Assembly (NCBI GenBank): GCA_036172245.1
Contig: JAYWIR010000017.1
Location: forward strand, 620,001 to 684,000
Direction: 5' to 3'
DNA length: 64,000 bases
DNA from: Raillietiella orientalis
Taxonomy: Eukaryota
The position numbers and the translations under genes were made by a program. Of this stretch, positions 53,330 through 64,000 are shown piece by piece (within the stretch, counting starts at the first letter, position 1; the number at the start of each line of letters is the position of its first letter). The notes under the pieces are model-generated. The model worked only from the letters and a program-made list of their open reading frames with translations. It was not told the DNA's origin and did not search any database.

Positions 53330-55289
53330 GCAGCTCTCCTTGAAACGTCCAGCAAGGGAAAGGTCCTGATCCGAGTAGTTGCCTGTTGTTCTTCGGCTCA
53401 ATGTGTTACTGTCGTTTAGCAGGTCTATAGATCAGGTATGAAAGTCGGCGAGATTCGAGGAGGATTCGCTTCGCTGAGAAATGCAGCTTCTGACTGTGTC
53501 TTCTGGCGGAGCCTGTGCAACCAGGTGATGCTTTTCTTTGAGCACTGGTCCGACTTGACGCGCGCATGGATCTCTCAGTTTCCACGGACTTGGCAGCGTT
53601 GTCCAGAACGAGTAGCTCTGCTGTTGCCCTCGCTTGTGCCGAAAAATTGCATTTTGCCGGACAAGAACGCTTTCTGTCAGATTCCCATGGAATCGGACTT
53701 CTGGAAAACGCCTTGACACTACTTCACGATTGGAATGCGCATCACCACCATCATGCAGGTAGCAGGATGAGCCTGCTAATGCTGTTCTGGAGAGTCTGAT
53801 TGGATCTTGGTCAGGTCATAGGGAAAGAAATCACCATCGATTTGCAGATTCTAAACGCGATGTTTGGTGCGGTCATCCGCACAAGGTACCATTCCTTCAT
53901 TGGCAGATCTGGAATGAGGGTATTCGATTCTCGATTTGGAAAAATCGGGTGAGAAGTCTTCTTCGCGTTTACTCTTTGGAATCAGTTGAGACTTATCTCC
54001 CTGGCATGCATTGAATAAACGGCAAGAGTTTGGAAGATGCGAGTCTTTAAAGATCATTTCATTCCGTTTTCGTCATTACTCGTAAATTGAGTCATTCGTT
54101 TCCTCATTTATCCTGATGCGTGCAGCGCTCCTCCTCAGCCTTTGTTTAAAGCAAGGCTGAGGAGGAACTGATACTCCTTTGCTAATGTAATGCTGCAAAG
54201 AGCACCGACATTGTGATGTGAGCCTCAAGAATCGTTTTGTCATCTGCATCACGAATCGGGAAGCCATCTGTAATTTCAATCCACTTCACTCCTTTCCCTC
54301 TTACACCTGCTCCTTCTAGCTCTTTGTCCAAATCAATGCTGATTGCTCTTCCGCACGAAGAATTTCGATAAAAAGGAAATTTCAGTGCGGCATAGGAAAA
54401 TCTCTCCTCTGCTTGAAAAAGGTTTTCTTTTTGGCTTTTTCTCGCCAAGGGGAACCTTCCGTTCGGCACATCAACAGTTGGCAATACAGACACACAAGAG
54501 CGTAGGATAAGTGTCAAGGAGCATTGGCAGGAAAGAAATCGCGGATCTTTAGTAACCTGGGTAGATCTTCACATACGTTTAATAACTACCCCTCAATGAA
54601 TAAGTGATAAAAAAAAAGGACGCATGGAGCACTACGGAATACCACATTTTCCTGAGGAAGAAAAACCCTAGATGATGAAAGGTGATGCTAGGAGTTATGC
54701 AACTAAACTACAGCTAAAGAGAATCTTCTTGTAAACTTTACAAAGTATTTCTCACTGAAATTGTGTGACGATTGTGAGGCATTCAACCACATGAAGATGT
54801 TACTCAGTTTTTTTTTTTTCTAATTTCGTTTCATTTTATTCATCAGTTTATTTTCTTTTAACCCCTGAAGATGCCAAAATGGAACGAAATTTTTGCGCTT
54901 TGCTTTCCGATTGGTCTTGCAACTTTTTAGTTGGCCGATGATGGTTCTATCACAGTTTTGTTTTCTGCCTCTTGATTGTTCCTTCGTAAGCTTCAGAGTT
55001 CCCCGACTTGAAAAAATAATCGTCGAAAGCAAACGTGTGAAAAAGTCGGAACAGCAGGAAAACACAGAGACTGTTAAACTGATAAATAAAACAAAAACAC
55101 AACTCGCATTCTTCTAAAGAAACCATGTTCACATTTTTCCAGAAGAGCTAAGCAGAAACCTATCCCCAGAGACCTCAACCCACATGTGAACCCTACTTCC
55201 AGAAGAAATAATAATAGCCTTGTTCACTCATGTATATGATTGCTTCGCATCTTCCTCGCGGAAATCATGCTATTCATTGGTGATTGCAG

Positions 55290-55421
55290 GAAACTACATA
55301 AGGGAAGGTCCAAACCTAGTGATCCAAAACGCTAAAAGGGATGATATGGGTGCCTATCTCTGCATTGCTTCGAATGGAGTACCTCCCGCTGTCAGCAAAA
55401 GATTCACTGTGAAAATCCATT
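55290..55421 (+). CDS. DIP-alpha-like: DIP/Lachesin-like exon, second half of Ig2: (R)NYIREGPNLVIQNAKRDDMGAYLCIASNGVPPAVSKRFTVKIH
   Basis: Acceptor TTGCAG ending 55289 and donor GTGAGT at 55422, phase 1/1. MGAYLCIASNGVPPAVSKR is a hallmark DIP/Lachesin motif. Confidence 0.96.
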
Positions 55422-55496
55422 GTGAGTTCAGGACGCATTTAAATGATCTCGCCGATTTCTGTTTCTTCTGTGACTCATTTTCTCTTTGCATTTCAG

Positions 55497-55613
55497 TCGC
55501 TCCATCCTTGACCATTCCGGCTACAAATCTTTCAGGAACAGAATTTTCCAACCTGACTCTGGAATGTGTGGTTGAGGGATTCCCTAGATCAGTACTTTAC
55601 TGGTCGAGAAAAG
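55497..55613 (+). CDS. DIP-alpha-like: DIP/Lachesin-like exon, first half of Ig3: (F)APSLTIPATNLSGTEFSNLTLECVVEGFPRSVLYWSRK
   Basis: Acceptor TTTCAG ending 55496 and donor GTTAGT at 55614, phase 1/1. Ig pattern TLECxVExFPxSxxYW, with sequons NLS and NLT. Confidence 0.93.
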
Positions 55614-57211
55614 GTTAGTGCAATGTCTAGTGCAAGTGATTGGACTCGGCTAGTTTGGGATAGGTGATCAAGAATGCAAATTAGCAATCCTCTGCAAGAT
55701 TTTCATTGCTTTTCATATATATGTAATTCTTCTGATTCAGAGTTCGGGAAGAAGAACTCATCTCCGATCATCCTCTTCCTTATGCTGATCTTTCGCCCTA
55801 GTTTTCTCTGTGCCGATCTCTTATCAGTTTCCACAGGGAATGTAACTTTGCCTCCTACATTACCTCATTTGATTTCCTATAATTTGACTCACTTTTGCTT
55901 CTGCTAGCCTAAGCATGCTATGGTTCCATTTGATTAGCAGTAACCACCCTCTAGCTGCTAAGAAATCTGCACGTGTTAGTTTTCATCACGAATGTGTTGA
56001 GGTTTTCCGGAAATCTTCCTACCATTAACCGAAAACTATGCCTTCATCCAACATGTTCTATTCTGGCTTTTGTTGCAGAAACGATTCATCTTGAGGATTG
56101 TATCATACATTCATTAGAAATTTCCTTCTTCGGATAATCACAACTCTGCAGCATTCAGCACTGCGAATTATCTCGGTTTAATTTGGTGTGTCCATTCCGT
56201 TGCTCTAATTTTCCGATTGGCTTCGTGAAGTGAACTTCGTACCCACAACATGCAAGCCCACTGGTCAGATCGTGTAGATTCGTTTCTTTTACAGCATTGC
56301 TAAGAAATCCCATGTCTTTGAGAAACCTCGATTAGTTCATCAAAATGGATTCATGAAAATCAGAGTTCATTAAAACGTACATTCATAAGGCCTTCGAGAT
56401 ATCATCACAGAGACCCTCGCTGCTAATATATCAGGATTATCGCTATGATAAATGTTTTCCTCAGTGTTGATTGACACAAGAATGATTTCCGATAATCCTG
56501 AGTCTCAAATCACTGAAAAAATCTTAAAAAAGGGGGGGGGGGATTTCTATATGAAATTCTAATTTCTTTACTTATTTGTTTGCTTAAAATCTTCTCAAAA
56601 TATTAGAGAAGTGGAATCTCGTTTGTGTCATGCAATTTTCCCTTTCCTAGAGATTTCAAAGGCTTATGCTTTAACTCACACCACCGAAAGAAAGCTTTAT
56701 TACATTCATGACTTGCTTTCCTTTATTACCCAGTGCTCTCACTCTAACAGCCTTCAGGACTGGATTTCAAGAATTCCCCCTACCACCCTTCCCCCATTTA
56801 ACACGCATGACTTTTTATTCAAGGGCACTAATAAGCATTGATTTGAAAGGATTCAGGAATTTTTCGAATCCCCAGCACTTAGTGCAGGTTTCATTAAAGT
56901 CACTATCGTTTCCAAACGACTTCTTACTCTTGCAGTGATAACTTCAGTTTCCGTCACAGAACAAAAATTGTTGGAGTTATGACTTTTCCAACTTTTGCCG
57001 TTCGCTCATGTTTGCAGTCAGCCTGCCCGAGACGCAAATTAGCCAGTCCTGTCAATGAAAGCTAAATAAAACTCATGTCTGTGTTTTTATTTCTTCTTTT
57101 TGCAAACATCCATGGCATCTTTTCTCAAAATGATAACCCGTATGGGGGAGTCAAAGAGCTGCCGCATCTATTTACATGTAGTGCTGACGCGAATTGCTGT
57201 ATTCTGTTTAG

Positions 57212-57382
57212 GCAGCGTCTTGAAAAGTGGACTCAAGTACCGTATTGAAGCCATCCGAGAAAACATCTACACAGACCGCTTCAGACTGACCATATTAAAA
57301 CTTTCCGACGATGATAAAGGACCTTACGAATGCATGGCTAAGAACACTCTCGCCGAAAGCCACGCAAAAATCTTTGTTGACT
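57212..57382 (+). CDS. DIP-alpha-like: DIP/Lachesin-like exon, second half of Ig3: (G)SVLKSGLKYRIEAIRENIYTDRFRLTILKLSDDDKGPYECMAKNTLAESHAKIFVD
   Basis: Acceptor TTTAG ending 57211 and donor GTGAGT at 57383, phase 1/1. KY...LTI...DxGxYxCxAKNxL pattern of DIP Ig3. Confidence 0.92.
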
Positions 57383-60300
57383 GTGAGTACCTCAGTGATA
57401 AGAATAAGCATCAGATGAACGATCCCCAGCTGTTTCTCCCGTATCTCCTGAGTTTTCTGAAAAGAACGAAATCGGCTATCGCAAAGAACAGGATTTTCTT
57501 CCTCTAAGGATGAAGATAACGTCAGGATGTGCGAATTACGCTGCTTTCCCACTTCTGCAAATTGTGACCATGAAATTCCACTTCCTGCTTTGACTCTTTG
57601 AAGAGAAAGTACGCGAGCGATCAGAAAACCAATAAAAAAATTTAAAAAAAAATGAAGCAGCGACCCATCACTTCGAAGATCCCCCCCCCCCCCGTCTTTA
57701 CCAATAGCGGTGATTGAGCATTTATTTATCGTGAACGCCCATATCATGGGACCGAATAATGAAAAATTTCGTGCTCCTCATCGGATTTCGCATATCAGCT
57801 CGGAGATAGCACAGAAAATCAGCGCCCTAAATAAGCCAAGACGATGATGCATGTGATATGAACCTGAGTTGTGAGCTGAAGTTTATTTTTACTATATCTC
57901 CTACGACCTGTCCCGCGACCTTTGAAAACTGCTTCTTGTCCCATTAGAACTTTTGAAAAAGTGCATTTTTGAAGCATCTGCATCTGGAGACCCGCCGATT
58001 GTGAAGGGGGGGCACACAAAACAATTTTCTCGAAAGTACTGTTTAGAGGTCACAAGGGACCTCTAGGCATTGTAACAGTAATAAAGATGATTTTTTGACA
58101 TGTTCTGTATCCAAGTGGTCTGCTGGATGGATGATTTGTTGCTTCGTCATCCCTGCGAAATGGGAAAAGAGTTGGTTCTGCTATAGCACTGATTCGTCAC
58201 AACCATCTCCTTCGTTACCTTGGCATTCTCTGCTCATGCATGTGCACAAACTGCCCATTCTTCTACGCAGCAAACATAAGAAGCTCTGTTAAAGAGAACT
58301 GACACGTGACATTTGTAAAACGGTGCTTGTGGCAATGACCAGCTTTTCAAAAAAATCAGCGATTCCCTAGGTTTCCTCTAAGTTAGGTGCCGCTCAAGTG
58401 CACTCCTGATCTATCTCCTGCAAAAAAATTTCAACGTTGCAGACCTTGAAGTTTCTTTCTTGAGTCACTTGCTGCTAAGGTTGGCACCAGTTGGCACCAA
58501 AATGTCGAAAAACACAAGAAAAGTGAAGCCATGGAAACGAATACAAAATCCGTTGCAAAATTGTTGTGTAGTGAACGGAGCAGTTGACTGTTTAGAATTT
58601 TCCCATTAGAGATAAATATAGAGTTTTGTGCTTAGAATCAAAATGGCAGAAGCTACGATAACCGGCAAGACCAAAGTACACTTTGACAGTGCCTCGAATT
58701 TTTATGTAACGGTTTCTTTGACTGACTTTAACGATCTTCACCCTGCAGCAGGCATTGCATTTTCTAAGAACCAAAGTTCTCCCTGATTTCGAACCGATAG
58801 TTAATACAGCAACATTGAAATTTATTGTTCGCTGATTCTTCTTGTGTCTCCTGTGGTGCTTTTGTCTTTCTTGAATTTCCATATGTGACAAATTCACAAA
58901 TTTTTATCTCCCAAATCCATTTTCATCTCTCCGCTAGCAGGCTACTATTTGTCTCGTCTGTTCAGAGTGATCTTTTACAAGAATCAGCTGTTATCTAAGA
59001 AATACCAGAAGCTCCCGTAGCATCAAAACATCTCTGGACTCCATCCAAAGAATTTTTTTATTTCACCAGCCCGGTACAAAAACCCATAGAAAATTTTAAA
59101 CTTGACAGCAAGCAGCCCAGTCAAATACGATATTTTGTGCTAACAACATCGAAGCATCATCAGTTCTAGGATTCTCGCATCATCAGTCCTCAACCACATC
59201 AACAGGAAAATTTCCACTGAGTTGGATGAATTCTTCTCCGAAATATTGAAGTCTGTGCCTATTTGAATCCAATGCGGTGCTGTAACTATCAACGAAGCAC
59301 GACGAGCACAGAAAACGAGGAATCGCAATTTTCAGGGGCACATCAGATAATGGCTATGTGAAACAGTAAATTATTGAGTGATAACTCCTGTCTACATGGA
59401 AACTGAAATCTTTACTTTCCTTTACGAGTAGATTAATTTCATTTTCTAAATCACTCCTGCTCCCTTCAATACCTCTCTGCGTTACTCATCGTCACGACTG
59501 AATTAATGCAGTCATATTTGTGAGAGCACCAACTTCTGTAAATAAACAAAGATGATAATGTGTAAAATTTTAAAAAGCCTTTGTTTTCATTTTGTCTTCA
59601 GAATTCCTACTACTACTCTTTTTCGTTCTCAAAATGCACTTCAGAGATTGTTCCTGAATAGCATAAATATAAAATACATGTGTTGGATCACTGAGATAAT
59701 ATCATTCTAATATGATGATTTTAAACAGATCTCAAGCTTTCTGCTTATTTGCGACGATGGATTGCTTGTACTTTGGGGAAAAAAAATCTGCGCTTCCTAA
59801 AAAAAACGATAAACACTTTAAATTTAAAATAAAACAAGACCTTAAGATGTTCAGAATTCGCTCCAGCCAAGAACACCAGGCTCCATATAATATGAGTATA
59901 GAGTGGAAAAAGGACACTAATTACGTGCTTAATACCAATTACGAATACAGGATCCACCAGCATTCCATAGTAAATGCTTTCTTTGCGTTTAGTACATCGA
60001 ATGAGGACTGGAAAGCCAAATGACCCAAACAGACTTGATATAGATTAAGACATAAGAAAAAATAAAATTAAATAAGCTTTCGCAAATTTACTCTCTAAAA
60101 TTTTTTCCTGGAAGCTTTCCAAGCTAGTAAATGCACTGTAACAGTGTGTTCTTCATATCAACTCTTTCAAAAGTCACATTCGAAACGTTTGTGGCTGTAG
60201 TCTGTTGTGAAATCAAGTGACCAACACAGTCAAAATTGAAGGCAAAGAAATTAATACTCCTGTTATTAAAGGATATCAGTGAATGAATCCGGAGATGATT

Positions 60301-60645
60301 GTGAATACGAAAACACATCAACCCCACCACCACACCACCTACCATACTTACCCCTGTTAATCACAGTTGAATCCATTAAAAGCTAAGTTGTAATAACGAT
60401 TGCATTGAAATGTTCTGTTCACGATCCAAGATGAAAATAAAGAGTAAAGAACTGGATTTCAGCTTTGAAGTCAGAGTTTAGAGATTTCACCTACACTCCA
60501 CAGTCCTGAGAACTATAGGATCACCGGTCCAACATCAGACTGAAATAAATGCTCGCTTCAACAGACCAGGTCAGCCATCTTTCGTTCCTTGCCAACATCT
60601 GTTCAAAAATCAAAATTCATTCATGGTAATCCTTTCTTCTTCGCA

Positions 60646-61206
60646 GTTCCTCGACACGGTTCCACGCTTCCACGCCACCCGAGGATGGGTAATTCTTCAA
60701 GATAGGGGGTACCCCGGGAGGAGTCCGCCCTATGGATCCCGGAAGGACTCGGAGTCCGTTCCTCTTACGACTGGGGAGGAATCCCCAGAAATCGAGATCA
60801 CCGCCACCCTGGTTGTCTCCGAAGAGGAATCCTGAAGGGAATCCTCCTTCCTTATTCTCTCTCCGAAGAGACCTCGGAGGGGTCCGCTCCAGTTTTCTTT
60901 TCTGAAGAGAACCCGGAAAGGATCCCCTCCTGGGATTTTTCTTCTCCGGAGGGATCCCCCGCAAGGGATCCGCTCCTGTTTTTACTCCTCTGAAGAGAAC
61001 CTCGAAGGGACGCTTCCGAAATCCTGAAGGGGTCAGCTTCCCCGAAGGGATCGGCTCGCTTCTCTGCACTCTCTGGAGAAGCGATGGCGACACACCTGCT
61101 CCATCAGTACGACGCGTAAGGTCCCCGCGGAATGGGGGGTCCGCTCCTTCACAACCGGAGGGGAGTTCCCACTCCGTGATTCCTGGAATGACCCGGAGGT
61201 CGACTC
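60646..61206 (-). mobile_element. SINE-like repeat copy 6 (variant B), 5'-truncated
   Basis: Closely colinear with about 52582-53130 (for example GGAAGGACTCGGAGTCCGTTCCTCT and GGCGACACACC...CTCCATCAGTACGACGCG). It has the same 3' end and lacks the tRNA head. Confidence 0.92.
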
Positions 61207-64000
61207 TTTGGCTAATGAGAGAATTCTTTTAATATTCGAGGTTCAACAGCAAGCATTGTCTTCGTTCACTGAATTTTGTGTTTTATGCTGAACGGGTTTT
61301 AAAGATGGGAGTTGCAGAACATATGAGAAAATCATTTATTTTAATTAACAAATCAAAATTCATTAATCGAAATATTATTCATAATGATTCATGGTATTGA
61401 ATTAAATTATTCATTGAAAGAAATTCTTGATAATATTACTTATAATGTTAAATTTATTCTAATAGATTGAGCTATGGAATGGCATACTATCGGCATATAT
61501 CTTTATTGTTAATGCAAATTTCTCTGCACCAAAATTAACTCACGAGTTTTAATTATTATTCCCTAGATAACAAGAACAGTTGAGGATCTGGATTTTTTCA
61601 TCAGAGACATTCATAGAATTCCATGGTTTCATAAAGTTTGAAAGCCTTTCCAGAGTGAATAGGAATGAAATGTTCCATCAGACAGTCGTAATGTTTTCTC
61701 AGAGTAGCTCATGGAGAAAACAAGCATCTGCGAGTTTTCTTTCTTCACTATGTCGTGAAATCTCTATTAAGTTGCATCAATTGTACCCTATTTCCAATGC
61801 ACCTCACATTTTATTTAGATATTTTGTTTTGGTCGTTACTCTTTCCTATATTCGAAAGACAGTGTATCTTTATGACTATCTTTATGGTTTTTATCTTTCT
61901 ACTCCTTCCAGCATCACATTGAGGCTCCAAGCATAGCTGGTGAAAGATAAATAGAGAAGCATCTCTTTTCCCAATCACAATTTACAGTTCTCAAAATATG
62001 GCTTCCGTACGATAGGATGTTCTGTGGATTGTCACTGCTTGCCGGCATGATGAGAGCTATACAATTGATAGTATGCCTTAGATAACAGCCGTGATGGGAA
62101 GAAACGAATCTGCTTTTATAAAAATAGAATAAACTGTCTATCATCTTTGATTCCGAGTGAGCAAGGACACGCAGTAATTATGATAACTGCTCACTGACTA
62201 AGTCACATGGTTTCACCAGAGGTACTCAAAGGGATGAAAACAGATTTCTCAGTAGTTGCGGTGCAGTGTGGTGTTCTTGCTTTAGATTGCTGTTTCTATT
62301 GTGAGTAGAAGGGGAAAAACTATGTGAGAAAAATCTTCATAAGTTGATTATTTAGACTGTTTCCACTGAGAACAGAGGTCTCTTCAACTTGTATCTAAGG
62401 CAGCACTAATGAAAAACAGAATCTTTGTATGTTGAGCTGTGATCTTCTTCCTGTTAGTACATTTTCGATCTTTTTTGTTTCCCCAAGTGTCATCTTTAGA
62501 TCTCGAATACCTTTAAACCTTCTCATAATTTTAGGCATCCCGCCTTTGTGATTGGAGAAAATGGACAAATGTAATGCTTGGCCAACCTAGGGCTTTAAAT
62601 TTCTTTGCACCGGAAAGTCCTTTATATCGTTTTCCTTGATTTCTGAATTGAAAGGCAATAAGAATGTCTAATTGGCAGTAAGTCGTATTTATTAGAAGTT
62701 TGTCCTCTTATTTTTGGCACTGTTACGAGGAGCATTACTGCTACAAACATACTTTAAACAAAGCTTGCTGTTCTTTCACCATTTCCTGATGATTTTAAGA
62801 TGTTCTTTTTATATTCTAATTGAAGAATTTTTTTGCATCCCGAATCTTCAAGTAGATGGACCAAAGAGTGAAGGGATATCCTTAACTCAAACATTTCATG
62901 CAGTAATGAGATCATTAGTTTTACTAAATGTCGATGTTTTTGTGGGGGGCTTTCTAAACATATTCAGAGGTTTGTATTTTCCAATTAGCCTAGTTTCTAG
63001 CTGACTGCTTTTCCCTTGAGCAGTTTTGAAATCATTAAAAAAACTTATTTGGCTACGGTCCTCTTGAATATTCAAAAGTTCACAACAGCTCTTTCCTGAA
63101 ATAACGCTTCACAACCTTTCACCGTCAGGTAATTGAGGTAAGAGCACGTAGACTGAGACATGCAAAAGACTGTACTACATACTGCAAAGTACATGAATTT
63201 CATATTCTCGCATTCTCTTCCTGTTAGTACATTAATTCTTAACACTCTAATTCTTAACAACTTTCGTTCGCAAAAGTTACACAGGATGCAAGCTGGGTAT
63301 TTGCAGCTCATTTTGCAGTATGTAGCTCTCTTTTCTCTGAATGCTCTCCTAAATGGTTTAATTATGAGTTTGTCCTGGTTGCAGTTGGAAAACCCATTCC
63401 ATTTCTTTTTTCTTTTTTTAAAGAGAACCATAGTTTTTCGTGATTTATTGTTTGTTTGTTTGTTTGGTCATAGAATTATGTAGCCCTTTATCTATCAGAA
63501 AAAGTGATAAAGATCCAAAAAATGAAAAGTGAGATTACATAGGAAAGACTTTCAGCAGTTTCGACCTAAAGCGTTGGATAGAATTTTTCCTTTACTTCAT
63601 TTCTCCTGGACTTCATTTTTCCTCTGTAACATAAGTTTAACACATGAGCAATGGAGACACATGTTTACCTGCACACATATACAGTGCACATTCGATATGA
63701 TCACCTTTGCTGGAATCCAAATTTTGAAAATGTTGCCTTTATAGAATGTTGTTGATTGTGTCGAGATGGGTGGTCGAAATCAAGAAAAAAATTAATTTTG
63801 AACGATGAAATGAAAGGAACCAAATTGTTCAGCAGTAGCATGAATTTTTGCAATCAAATGAACAAATTTAGTAGCATGACAAAAGTGAAACATAATGATA
63901 CTGCATGGTGAATGATGATGATACGATATTTAATTTGATTCAAACTTCTTCACGATTGCTTTTTCCCGCATTCTTCTCAGGAGGAGGACATCATGAGCAG

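Noticed and set aside
60990..61025. CTGAAGA...GAAA resembling a hammerhead ribozyme core within the SINE array
   Set aside because: Stem II does not close properly, GAAA is absent in copy 2, and in copy 5 GAAGAG simply pairs with CTCTTC. Other CTGANGA sites I inspected also lacked a stem followed by GAAA.
60815..61080. Regularly spaced 40-nt repeats resembling a CRISPR array
   Set aside because: The units are degenerate with short pyrimidine spacers, sit inside a dispersed eukaryotic repeat, and there are no cas genes.
63955..64000. Good splice acceptor (TTCTTCTCAG ending 63980) at the window edge
   Set aside because: Only 20 nt are visible, and a direct join to 57382 creates TGA, so it cannot be assigned.

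Overview
Eukaryotic, intron-rich genomic DNA, most likely from an arthropod (inferred from the gene found). One protein-coding gene can be supported: a + strand, three-Ig-domain DIP/Lachesin-family (IgLON-like) adhesion gene whose Ig1 resembles Drosophila DIP-alpha. Six exons between 49098 and 57382 splice with GT-AG sites and consistent phases into about 295 aa. A candidate signal-peptide exon lies about 25 kb upstream (24309-24372). The C-terminal stalk/anchor exon was not found. The other main feature is a 600-750 bp tRNA-derived SINE-like family in six copies and at least two sequence variants. It has a duplicated T-arm/B-box, an internal array of roughly 40-nt hairpin units and no poly(A) tail. 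Two opposite-orientation copies flank two DIP exons. Smaller items are a 16-bp perfect hairpin, a 50-bp local duplication, G-quadruplex motifs and simple repeats. Most ORF-track entries look spurious. I see no CRISPR array, rRNA, intact tRNA or autonomous transposon, and I cannot claim a new biological system; the SINE architecture is the most unusual thing visible.
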